From Centroscyllium fabricii (lineage: Eukaryota): DNA of 64,000 bases. The DNA lies in NCBI GenBank assembly GCA_051313645.2, contig JBNRSN020000029.1, positions 46,562,001 to 46,626,000 of the forward strand, in the 5' to 3' direction. Shown in pieces: positions 1-10,868 of this stretch (position 1 is the first letter of the stretch; every line of letters starts with the position of its first letter). Made by a program: the position numbers and the translations under genes. A model generated the notes under the pieces. It was not told where the DNA came from and did not search any database. It worked only from the letters and a program-made list of their open reading frames with translations.

Positions 1-2576
1 ATCTAGGGCATTAATGAATGACGTCCACGTATTTATTCCTGTGAGTACATCGTTTCTTAAGCCCCTCTTAATTCTTTGGTGGAATGCAGCCTGTCCCCTG
101 AAACTAACAGCCCCTGTTGCATCAGCAGCTTGGTTAATTACATTCCTTTTCATATATGCATACAACTCTCCAGTTTTAGTAAATCTTTCACAATATCCTG
201 GCCATTATATTGGTTAAGTTCATTAGTACCGGTACAATTTTGTGTCTCACATTATCATACAATTGTTCTCCCTCGGTAAATTACACCACTCCATTTCTGG
301 GCCCAGCCATCAATTTCAGACACCTCCGTTCTTCAGGTGTCATTGTGATTGGGGGTGTTGTTGGTCCTAGGGTTGCTCCTTGTGCTGTGATCCTTGTTGT
401 TGTTGGTTGAGGTGTTGTAACACCGTGTACAATAGTTCATCTTATGATATTGTCATAAGAACATAAGAACATAAGAAATAGGAGCAGGAGTAGGCCAATC
501 GGCCCCTCGAGCCTGCTCCGCCATTCAACAAGATCATGGCTGATCTGATCCTAACCTCAATTTTATTTTAACTCTCCACCCCACCCAAACCCATGTGATC
601 ACCCGGGAGAGGCGAAAAACCAGATAAAAAACCCAGTAGCCAATTTGGGAGAAAAAATCTGGGAAATTCCTCTCCGACCCATCTAGGCGATCGAAAACTG
701 GTCCAGGAGATCACATGGCCGATCTGAACCTATCCTCACGTCCACTTACCTGCCCGCTCACCATAACCCCTAATTCCCTTTACTTCCAGGAAACTGTCTA
801 TCTCTGTTTTAAAATTATTCAAAGTAATAGCTTCCACAGCTCTCTGGGGCAGCAAATTCCACAGCCCCACCACCCTCTGGGTGAAGAAATTCCTCCTCAT
901 CTCTGTCCTAAATGAGTCACCCCTTATCCTTAGACTATGACCCCTGGTTCTGGACTCTCCTACCATCGGGAACATTCTTCCTGCATCAAGTCTGTCCAGA
1001 CCAGTTAGAATTTTGTAAGTTTCGATGAGATCCCCTCTCAATCTTCTAAACTCCAGAGAGTACAAACCCAGTCTACCCAGTCTCTCCCCATACGTCAATC
1101 CTGCCATCCCAGGTATCAGCCTAGTGAATCTCCTCTGCACTCCCTCCATGGCAAGAACGTCCTTCCTTAGATAAGGAGACCAAAACTGCACACAGTAATC
1201 AAGGCTTGGTCTCACCAAGGCCCTGTACAACTGCAGCAAGCCCTCCCTATTCCTGTACTCAAAACCTCTCGCTATGAAGGCCAACATACCATTTGGCTTC
1301 TTAACCGCCAGCTGCACCTGCATGCTCACCCTTAGCGACCGGTGCACCAGGACACCCAGGTCTCGTTGTACTTCCCTTTCTCCCAATCTATTGCCATTCA
1401 GATAATAGTCGGCATTTCTATTTTTCCCCCAAAGTGGATAACCTCGCATTTATCCACATTATACTGCATCTGCCATGTCTCGGCCCACTCGCCCAACCTG
1501 TCCAAATCATCCTGGAGCATCCTGCTATCCTTCTCGCAGCACACACGCCCTCCCAGCTTTGTGTCATCTGCAAACTTGGAGACATTACATTTAGTTCCCT
1601 TTTCTAAATCATTAATGTATATTGTGAATAGCTGGGGACCCAGGACTGAGCCCTGTGGTACCCCACTAGTCACTGCCCGCCACCCAGAAAAAGACCCATT
1701 TACTCCCACTCTCTGCTTTCTGTCTGCCAACCAATTCTCAATCCAAGTCAATACCTTGCCCCCAATCCCATGTGCCTTAACTTTAAATGCTAGTCTCTTG
1801 TGCGGGACCTTGTCGAACACCTTCTGAAAGTCCAAGTATATCACATCTACTGGTTCTCCCTGATCAATTTTCCCAGTTACATCCTCAAAAAATTCCAGCA
1901 GATTAGTCAAGCACGATTTACCTTTTGTAAATCCATGTTGACTTTGTCCAATCCTGCCGCTGCTTTTCAAGTGCTCAGTGATTACATCCTTTATTATGGA
2001 CTCCAGCATCTTCCCCACTACCGATGTCAGGCTTACTGGTCTGTAATTTCCAGCTTTCTCCCTACCACCCTTCTTGAATAGTGGAGTAACATTAGCCACC
2101 CTCCAATCCATGGGTACAGTTCCAGATTCCATCGATTGCTGGAAGATAATCAGCAATGCATCTACTATTTCCAGGGCTACCTCCCTAAGTACACTAGGAT
2201 GCAGACCATCAGGCCCCAGGGATTTATCGGCCCTCAATCCCTTCAATTTCCCTAACACCATTGTCCGTGCAGTTCAGGACATATCCTTCCCCTACTTGAC
2301 CCAACGCCTGCCAGTGTCTATTAAATCTTACCATATTGCTGGTATCTGTCATTTTACAGAGTCCACATGGTTGTTGGTCCAAGTTCACCCAGATACCGTT
2401 ACACCTGTAATATTCTTTTCCTTGTTTTTCACAATCACAACTGTGTGATATAATTAAGTTCCTCGTGGCATCTCCACTAGGGGATCTTGACCTGCAGTCC
2501 GTTATTTCAGCCTGTTATTTGGGCTTATAAGTGTTGGCAGCAGAGTAGTTATAATAAACCATCTCACTAGATCCAT
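1..2576 (-). pseudogene. 5' part of decayed ERV env (signal peptide to furin site), split by the CR1; runs off the window start
   Basis: ATG at 2576 (MDLVRWFIITTLLPTLIS), Thr/Pro-rich stretch, RIKR-GLRNDVLTGINT. Stops and frameshifts present. Confidence 0.75.
455..2259 (-). mobile_element. 5'-truncated CR1/HER1-type LINE (RT with one frameshift) inserted in ERV env, copy 1
   Basis: ORFs 1398..2261 and 736..1449 contain CR1 RT motifs (GVPQGSVLGP, KFADD, YCVQFWSP). (ATAAGAAC)n tail. 6-bp TSD ATTGTC at 449-454 and 2260-2265. Confidence 0.95.
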
Positions 2577-2592
2577 GTTTATCTGTAATTTA

Positions 2593-2879
2593 AACATGTT
2601 TTACTACCTCTCCCGTAAAGGTCAAGTACCCCCTTCTGACCAATAGTGTCATGTAATCATGCACCGACCCGAAGGCATAATGGTTGTCGGTGTAAACATT
2701 TATCCATTTATTTTTTGTTATTTCCAACGCTTTTATTAAAGCCACTTGTTCCGCTACCTGTGCCGACTTATTGCCATAAAGGGTTCATTTTAACAGGGGA
2801 TTTCCTTCTTGATTTACTACTGCCATCCTGTTCTGTGTTCTCCATTGATATACTTTCGGGATCCATCTACATAGATAAT
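2593..2879 (-). pseudogene. Retroviral-type RNase H fragment (ERV pol remnant), copy 1
   Basis: Manual translation: IIYVDGSRK..TGW/AVV..SAQVAEQVALIKALE..INVYTDNHYAFGSVHDY..RRGYLTFTGEVVKH, with one frameshift and one stop. Confidence 0.85.
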
Positions 2880-2899
2880 TTATGGTAACTGCCATAACA

Positions 2900-4740
2900 C
2901 AACATGCCAGGGCAGCGAGATTATGACAAAAGTATGAGGGACGGTGAGCATAGGCTGTACCGAAGGAACCGCTACCCTCACCAGATGGAAATCGTCGACT
3001 GATGGAACAAAGCTATACACAACCAAGACCAACACCGCCTATAACCACCACACCGAAATCCCTGGAACGTCCAAAAACATTCCCAGGACCCAAGGGAGGA
3101 CTTTTATTAGTGGACAATGGCAGAATATTATATGATCACGTGGGCCGTACTAGTGGGATCGAATTTGTCAACAATATATCTCCCAGCGTGGTGTAGCCCA
3201 CAAGCCCAGCAGTTGCATGAAAACCCGAGAGAGAATGTTATAGACCAAGCTGCCCAGGCGCTGGGAACGCAGAGAAGGAGGGTTAGGAGGAAAAAAAGTA
3301 TGTTAGGAGATGTAGGAACGGTATTTAACACAGGGACATTACTCGTTAATGCCTTAGACATCGATGCAGCAGACAGGAGCTAGGAAACCTGAATGAAAAA
3401 CTGAAACGGGTGTTGAAGCAGAGAAACACTGAGGCGCAACAAGGAAGTCAGCTGGATAAGTAACAAAAAGCTAAACATGATGGAATGTCAATTACGAGGT
3501 CTAACCCAAGTATATCCCACAGAAACACACTGTATAACTAACCTCGCACAATATCTGAGGTGGTTATGATGATCCCTATAATGACCAAAGACCAAGCATC
3601 CTATCCCCTGTCCCAAGTAGAAAATATCAGGGTGAATCAGGGAAAGGGCCACGTGAGGTATTATCTGACGCAAAGCTACGCCACAAAAAAGGAGCCAACG
3701 TCTGGCGTAGAGAAAATGTTGGCAGGGATATCCCTGACAGGATGTAAAGAGTATGGAAATGGTGTAATGCTCCCGCACCCAGTAGGGACTGGAGAACAGA
3801 CACAATGTGGATTCAATAAGACCACAAACTGTACTGTGGAAATCACACAGGCTCGGTACGAGCCAACTCGTGTTGCATACAAAGGCAGAGGGGAATAATG
3901 TGTGACCACCAATGAAAAATGGTGCCATTACGGACCTCTCATATGCCCAGTCTACAATGCAAGCTTTTGCTTTAACCCCCAAGCACCATTGACAATCGGA
4001 CACCAGCATTTGGTAGCAATATTGTAACGGGTGTAGGTTGGGCCCAAATGCAATACACCGAAACAGCATATGTAGAAGTAAGGTACTTTAATTCTGGGCA
4101 GTAGAAGACACTAGTAACAGTGGGTCGATATATAGGCAGAAAGTTCACGGAGGCAACTAGTCCCAAAACAGAGGTCAGGCAGAAGAGAATCCAAATAGCA
4201 AAAACAGATCAATACCGGGTAGTCAGTCCACGAAAGCAACAAATCCAAAACGGGGTCAGGCAGAAGAGAATCCAATTTCCAGAAAGCAGGTCAGTATCTC
4301 GAACAGGCAGGATCAGAGAGCTTAGAACAAAACACAGGTTATCTCAGTCAGAAAGCACAAACGATCTGGCAACCACTGTGTAGAAAGCAAGGGCTTATAT
4401 ACAGCTCCTGATTATCACTGGTGACTCTGGGCTGTTCAATCAGGTGCGAGCAGTAGAGCTAACGAGGTGATAACCAGTTAAAGGGGAAGAGCCAATCTAT
4501 GACAAATATATAAGAGAAAACAAGTGACCCTCAAGGCCACGGAAGAGATTAAAGGGGACCCGCGAAATTACATAATCCCCGAAGCACTCACAATCCCCCA
4601 AACTCCCAGAGCACCGAAGAGGAACAAGGTGTGGCGACTGAGCTGTTGTCAAACCCAATCGAGAGCAGTGGAGAGCAACCAGTCCTCAGAGCAGTTCTCC
4701 ATTATTTGAAATCCACAGATGTGGTGCAGATGGATTAATA
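2900..4740 (+). pseudogene. Second, diverged env/fusion-glycoprotein pseudogene, interrupted by a solo LTR, copy 1
   Basis: Fragments TPPITTTP..GPKGG..LYDHV, NVIDQAA..RRVRRKK..NALDI, PHPVGTG..CGFN..YKGRG..FCFNP are colinear with the minus-strand env. Ends approximate. Confidence 0.8.
4023..4504 (-). mobile_element. Solo LTR (482 bp), copy 1
   Basis: TGT...ACA ends and 5-bp TSD AATAT (4018-4022, 4505-4509). TATA and ATTAAA lie on the minus strand. The env reading resumes after removing it. Confidence 0.88.
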
Positions 4741-4742
4741 AC

Positions 4743-5165
4743 TTAGAACATAAGAAATAGGAGCAGGAGTAGGCACTTCGGACCTTCGAGCCTGCTCCGC
4801 CATTCAATATGATCATGGCTGATCTTCTACCCTACCTCCACTTTCCTGCACTCTCCCCAGATTCCTTGATTCCCTTAATATCCAAAAACCTAGCGGTCTC
4901 TGTCTTGAATATACTCAACGACTGAGCAGCCACAACTTCTGAGGTAGAGAATTCCAAAGATTCACCACCCTCTGAGTGAAGACATTTCTCCTCATCTCAG
5001 TCCTAAATGACTGACACCTTATTCTGAGACTGTGATCCCTGGTTCTAGACTCCCCAGCCAGGGAGAAACATCCTGCCTTCTTCTACCCTGTCAAGCTGTG
5101 TCAGGATTTTATATATTTCAATGCAATCCCGTCTCATTCTTCTAAACGCTAGGGAATATAGGGCC
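4743..5165 (-). mobile_element. CR1 3' fragment (also ~16822-17244 and ~28903-29310)
   Basis: AGAACATAAGAAATAGGAGCAGGAGTAGG tail plus decayed RT C-terminal sequence. Confidence 0.8.
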
Positions 5166-5699
5166 ATACTAATGCAAGGAACTTTTGGTAATGCTAAGCA
5201 GGTTTCTAAATAAAGGAGATATTCAATGGCTGGAGGTAGTGCAGAGAAGACAAAAAAGGTTCAGCTATAGAGCGTGAGGCCCGAGCTAACAGCGAGTACT
5301 GAAGGATTTATTCTTATTTTCCACGAAAGGCCCGCCCATGCTATTTGATTTTAAATCCACAGTAAACAAACTGGATGAAAACTGTGAGGTTGGGCAAAAA
5401 TCAAGCCAGAAATTCCACATGGTGCCCACCAGTCACAGAAGGCATCAGTGAAACTGCATGCTGGTGCTTAAAAGGCCACACGGGCAGAATCAGTAGCTCG
5501 ATGTGTTGGCAAGATGTCAGGAAGGGACGGCAGCCTGCCAGATGATCCTACACTCCGAACCTATGGGGCCGTGGACTTCCCCAGGGCCTTGGAGCAGACG
5601 GAGGTCGCCTCAAGCTTCTCAGCCTGTGTGACTGAGAATAAAGGGGGCGGGAGAGAAATGTAACCAAAAGATACGAGCAACCCCTCAAATAGAGGGCCA

Positions 5700-6360
5700 A
5701 AGGCAACAACAACAACTTGCATTTATATACCACCTTTAATTTAAGAAAACATCCCAAGACGCTTCACAGGAGTGTTACAAAACAAAATTTAACACCGAGC
5801 CACATAAGCGGATATTAGGGCAGGTGATCAAAAGCTTGGGCAAATGTTTTAAGGCACTCCGTCAAGGAGGAAAGAGAGGTTGAGAGGATTAAGGAGTGTC
5901 TTCCAGAGCTCAGGGCCTTGGCAGCTGAAGGCACGGTCACCAGAGACGGAGTGATTAAAATCAGGGATGCTCAAGAGGCCAGAATTAGAGGAGCACGGAT
6001 ATGTCGGAGGTTTGTGGAGCTGGAGGATATTACAGAGATAGGGAGGGGCGAGGCATTGGAGGGAATTGATTTGGAGGATGAGAATTTTAAAATCGAGGCT
6101 TTGCTTAACTAGTAGCCAATGTAGGTCAGTGAGCACAGGGGGTGATGGGTGAACGGGACTTGGTGCGAGTTAGGACTAGGGCAGCAGAGTTTGGGATAGA
6201 CTCAAGTTTACACAGCGTAGAATGTGGGATGCCAGCCAGGAGTGCGTTGGTTTAGTCCAGTCTAGAGGTAACAAAGAAATGGCCGGAGAATTTCAGCAGC
6301 GGATGAGGTGAGGCAAGGGACGGGCGATGTTACGGAAGTTCTTAGTGATAGCGCGGATAT
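5700..6360 (-). mobile_element. L2-type LINE 3' fragment (also ~17780-18440, ~29845-30505, ~36150-36710)
   Basis: LHWLLVKQSLDFKILIL..APPYL..GDRAFSCQGPELW is a typical L2 ORF2 C-terminus, followed by a (CAA)n tail. Confidence 0.8.
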
Positions 6361-6529
6361 GTGACTGGTGAAATTCCACTTTTTCACCCTTGCAACCAGG
6401 CAATAAAGGCAGTTTTTTAAAAAAAAGTTAAGAAACGTTAAAGGCGTCGAATAAAGGCAAATTGTTGTTGAAACAAAGTAGCAAAGTCAATGGCCATGGG
6501 TCACAGCTTGTACTGGAGGGCTACAATAA

Positions 6530-6722
6530 TATGCTAATGAAGGATGGACAATGCGACGATTCCTATTCGCTGAATCAAGAGTTTGGAATGTTTCTTCTTG
6601 CCTCGTGAAATAAAGACCAATCAAAAACAAAGGCAACAGATTAAGCCAATCAACAACTACGGCATTCCGATCCTTCTAAAGGGTATAAAAGGAGCGGGGA
6701 GCGGCAGCCTGCCCCTCATTCA
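6530..6722 (+). promoter_or_regulatory. H2A promoter: two CCAAT boxes, TATAAAA, CTCATTC cap site, inverted degenerate octamer
   Basis: GACCAATC ~6615, GCCAATC ~6645, TATAAAA ~6684, ATGCTAAT ~6531. Confidence 0.75.
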
Positions 6723-6749
6723 ATTGTTGAGAGGTGTGAAGCGCGAAAA

Positions 6750-7157
6750 ATGTCGGGCCGTGGTAAAACCGGAGGAAAAGGACGCGCCAAAAGCAAGACC
6801 CGCTCCTCCCGAGCCGGTCTCCAGTTCCCGGTCGGCCGAATCCACCGGCTGCTGCGCAAAGGTCACTACGCCAAGCGGGTGGGGGCTGGAGCCCCGGTCT
6901 ACCTGGCCGCCGTCCTCGAGTATCTGACCGCCGAGATCCTGGAGCTGGCCGGTAACGCGGCCCGCGACAACAGGAAGAGCCGCATCATCCCCCGCCATCT
7001 GCTGCTCGCCATCCGCAACGACGAGGAGCTCAACAAGCTGCTGGGCAGGGTCACCATAGCCCAGGGCGGGGTCCTGCCCAACATCCAGGCCGTGTTGCTG
7101 CCCAAGAAAACCGGTCAGCCCAGCAAGGTTTACGCCAAAGGAGACAAACCTCAATAA
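6750..7157 (+). CDS. H2A: Histone H2A variant, 135 aa (N38H, E41K, Q84L, extended C-tail), copy 1
   Basis: AGLQFPVGR signature and full histone fold, intronless, with 3' stem-loop. Confidence 0.97.
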   Translation: MSGRGKTGGKGRAKSKTRSSRAGLQFPVGRIHRLLRKGHYAKRVGAGAPVYLAAVLEYLTAEILELAGNAARDNRKSRIIPRHLLLAIRNDEELNKLLGRVTIAQGGVLPNIQAVLLPKKTGQPSKVYAKGDKPQ

Positions 7158-7184
7158 ATAAATCGATTCAACAACAACCACAAA

Positions 7185-7200
7185 GGCTCTTTTCAGAGCC
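7185..7200 (+). terminator. Histone 3' stem-loop of H2A (present in all 4 copies)
   Basis: CAAA-GGCTCTTTTCAGAGCC-ACCCA with purine-rich AAAGAAC downstream. Confidence 0.95.
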
Positions 7201-7814
7201 ACCCACCTCCTTTCTAAAGAACTTCAGCCAGATTCTCTCTAACTTAGTTTGGGGGGGAAATTTAGCGAAGATTTACTTTCAATCTTGTATCGTTGTGACA
7301 TCTGCCAGCGGACTTTTGTTTTGGGAGATTTGTTGATAAAATGTTTTCACTCGACATTTTTCGTTTTATACTTTAATAAAAATGTATTGGGGGAAATAAT
7401 GTCACTGGGGTGTGGCTGTAACTCATTGTTTCCAATGTATGAATCGGCTGTAAATTGAAAATCTGAATTCGCGGCCAACAGTATAAACGTCACATTTAAC
7501 TTATGGCCTGTGGAGGTGTCACATGAGAGTTTGAGATTTTATATATATATAGTTTCTGGATTTTGCTCCAGCAAATTAAGGTTTCCCCCATCATTTCGTG
7601 GCAGCGGCTTCTGGCAAAAAAAACTTGATACGTGACTGATTTGTGCAGATTGAACATGTGATGTATCAAGAATCAGCCAATTGGAATAGAGAATTTGTAA
7701 TCCTTCATTAGCATTAAACTGTCTATATAATGGAGGAGTTGGGGGGCTCTATTTGTATGTTGCTTTGTGTTTTTATCAACTATTTGACGTGAAGAAGGAA
7801 TTGAAGGGCTTGCC

Positions 7815-8225
7815 ATGCCGACTGTTCCTGCTGTTTCCACCAGTTCCACCACAGCCGGTGCCAAGGGCGCCGTCTCCAAGAAAGGCTCGAAGAAAACCGC
7901 CATGAAAATGACCAGGAAAGGGGTCAGGAACTACAGGAAGAGGAGGAAGGAGAGTTACAGCATCTACATCTACAAGGTGCTGAAGCAGGTCCACCCCGAC
8001 ACCGGCATCTCATCCAAGGCCATGAGTGTCATCAACTCGTTCGTCAACGACATCTTCGAGCGAATCGCCTGCGAGGCCTCACGCCTGATCCATTACAGCA
8101 AACGCCAGACCATCTCCTCCCGGGAGATCCAGACCGCCGTCCGCCTCCTGCTCCCGGGGGAACTGGCCAAGCACGCCGTCTCGGAAGGGACGAAGTCTGT
8201 CGCCAAATACACCAACTCCAAGTAG
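7815..8225 (+). CDS. H2B: Histone H2B variant, 136 aa, divergent N-tail, copy 1
   Basis: [50 protein letters not shown] and TATA upstream, stem-loop downstream. Confidence 0.97.
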   Translation: MPTVPAVSTSSTTAGAKGAVSKKGSKKTAMKMTRKGVRNYRKRRKESYSIYIYKVLKQVHPDTGISSKAMSVINSFVNDIFERIACEASRLIHYSKRQTISSREIQTAVRLLLPGELAKHAVSEGTKSVAKYTNSK

Positions 8226-8269
8226 AACCCCCACTCTCCCCAAAAAACCCTGCAATTAAATCACCAAAC

Positions 8270-8285
8270 GGCTCTTTTAAGAGCC
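8270..8285 (+). terminator. Histone 3' stem-loop of H2B (3 copies)
   Basis: AAAC-GGCTCTTTTAAGAGCC-AC. Confidence 0.95.
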
Positions 8286-9024
8286 ACTTCACAAAGTCTT
8301 AAGACGGAGCTATAAAACAAAACAGACCTTTGAACAAATACTTTTGTTAGGCTGTATGTTAATGCAATGAATTGCCAAAATAATCGTCTGGTTAATTCAT
8401 CTACATGCGTGTTCTATTTATAAAAGCTGTTTTAATTCGCAAGTTATTTTTGATTACAAGAGTCCCCGAAGAGACTGGGAAATTCACGGGGAAGGGAGCA
8501 ATCAGCTCTCAGTAAACAACTCAGAGAAGAAGAATGTCGGTTGAAGAATTTACTCTTTATATTCAAACCCAGGTGTACAGCGAAGATCAATGTTGCCGGA
8601 ACGCCAATGTTGTGGAAAAAAGCGGGTAAAATATGAGGTAGCTCAAACATTAATGTTAAGTGACGCCACGTTTCGGCCTTCGAAGACCTTTGTTCTGGTC
8701 AGGGAAAGGGGAGAACTTTACAAATGACATTTAAGGTCGAAACACGTCGCAAGACGCTTCACGGGTAATTGGATAAAGAGACGCTCAAGGCTTTACAGAG
8801 AGTTGAGCAGAAGTTTAATGAAAAAAACATAAGATTCAGAAGAACTTCGACGGGAGAAAGAGAGAATATCTCTGGAAATAAAGAATCGCTCTGAGGTGAT
8901 ACACGCTTTGGAAAGAAGGCGACTTTGTTTTGTGTTTTGTTAGCGGGCGTTTTTTCTGATGAGACCTTTGGCTCTGCAGCGTCCGGTTCGCCTGGTTAAA
9001 TAGCGCCGGCTGCTGGAAACACCT

Positions 9025-9123
9025 CATTCCCCCAACACACACTCAGAGAAAGATAGAGAAAAGATCGACGAATCAGATTAATGAACACCTTAAATATCAA
9101 ACGGCTCTTTTCAGAGCCACAAA
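9025..9123 (+). ncRNA. Candidate ~100-nt ORF-less histone-type transcript (also ~21104-21202 and ~33169-33267)
   Basis: TTAAATAG at 8996, CTCATTC cap-like motif ~27 nt later, then stem-loop and HDE. Transcription is inferred, not shown. Confidence 0.4.
9103..9118 (+). terminator. Orphan perfect histone 3' stem-loop with HDE and no histone ORF upstream, copy 1
   Basis: CAAAC-GGCTCTTTTCAGAGCC-ACAAA, AAAGAG at 9133-9138. Confidence 0.92.
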
Positions 9124-9717
9124 AACATTCACAAAGAGCCGGACCGGGGGGTTGGGTGTGTATAAAAGGAAAATTGCAATTGACCCGATGGTATATTACC
9201 AAAATCATCCTTATTGAAAAATAGAAAACAAATTATTTTCCCATTACGATACCGGAAATGATTAAACATTCGATTGAGGTTTTTTCCTGAAGTATACTTT
9301 CCAGGAATCATATGATATACGAACCAATATTGGTTTTTAACTGGTATTTTAAAGGTGGTTAAATTGTCGACAGCCGCAGAGCTGTGACCAATGGTGGGGC
9401 GGGAGACTCGGAAGACCCGGAGTCCTCAACCTGGGCGCCACTTTCAACAGTCCTCAGCCAGGTCCGCACCTGCAGCTTTTGCCTCAAATTGTTAATTTTG
9501 TTCTATTTTTCGTTTCAGTAATGAGACTATCTCTCTGAAAATGTTAAATTGTTGCAATCAAATCCTGTCGTGCAGCTCATGATTATTACTGCACCTGTTT
9601 ATTGCAATGTGCATCTCGTGAAAGTATAAACATATTTATGAACTCCTGCGGTTGCGGCGATGCCTTGTAGATAGCATTTAAATTCTGTTAGTTATTTACA
9701 CGATTGCGGTAGGTAAG

Positions 9718-10524
9718 TGTAAGGGTAAACCGGGAGAGCTTCTTCTCCCCGAGACGGACCCTCTGATATAAAGGGTCGACATCCGCCTTATTCCCAATCA
9801 ATCACTCGGAGTCCAGAGGTTCGTTCAGTAAAGCAACTTTCTACAAGTCGACAGGGGAATCACTCTTATTGGGATGAATGCTCCCCCATCGCTGAAAACC
9901 TCCTGCCTTATATATAGGTTTTGTTCTCAGTTGCGGCTACTGTTTGCAATTAGGTGCATTACACGTATACATTTATTTCTTCATACAGTTGGCTTCGGGT
10001 GCAAATTCTTTTGACCCCAAACGTAATCTCAATATATTCCTCAGTTAGTGATTCATGGTTTGTGTTCTTTGGCCACGCTACAACAGACCTCAGTTCTGTT
10101 CACAGAAACACAGAAGATAGGAGCAGGAGTAGGCCATTCAGCCCTTCGAGCGTGCTCCGCCACTTTTGATGAGATCATGGCTGATCATCCAAACCCAGCA
10201 CCCCCCTATATTCCCCGACACCCCAACTCTAAGAATTATATCTCACACACATACTCATGAGCAATTTGTAGTCTCACAAATGATCTAACCTGCATGACTT
10301 TGGGTGGTGGGAGGAAACCGGAGTACCCGGTGGAAACCCACATGAACACGTGGAGAACATGCAAACTCCACGCAGAGTAGTCCCGTGCCAAGCACGATTG
10401 GAACCCAGGAGCTCCTTATTGCGAGGGAGCAGTGCTAACCACTGCACCACCGTGTAGTCCTTATATGGTTGGAGATTTATTCTGTGCCATAATCCCCTCA
10501 TTTTAGCCCTTCTTAACCCTTTCA
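9718..10524 (-). mobile_element. 3' LTR of the minus-strand ERV, interrupted by a CR1 tail and a tRNA-derived SINE (~10105-10455), copy 1
   Basis: Minus strand: PPT AAAAGGGGGAC, then TGAAAGGGT...ACCCTTACA inverted ends, with CTATATATAAGG TATA at ~9910. Confidence 0.78.
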
Positions 10525-10868
10525 GTCCCCCTTTTGGTCCTGATTAATCCCTTTTAATCATTGACCAACCCTATTATTTGTTCCGATTACGGTATCTTGC
10601 CGTGGTGGTGATCAAATCCAACCCATTGGGTCACCTAGTTTATCTAATCATATTGTCCTGATTTCTATGCCGCCTACATTGTTTGCATCGACATATTATC
10701 CACACAAATACATAGGTTATAAGCATTAATGTTATTTGTACTATACGTCCGTTAAGCAGGTCTTTCTCCCAAGCTTTCGCTCGTTCGTAGTAATAGTCCA
10801 TCTGCTCGATGGGAATCTGCCCAGGAAGTTTCTATAACAATTTCTATAACAATGAACAGCATACATCA

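Noticed and set aside
6720-7202. 160-aa antisense ORF over H2A, and similar shadows over H2B, H1, H4, CR1 and pol
   Set aside because: Shadow frames of GC-rich coding sequence; the start MALKRAF is just the reverse of the stem-loop.
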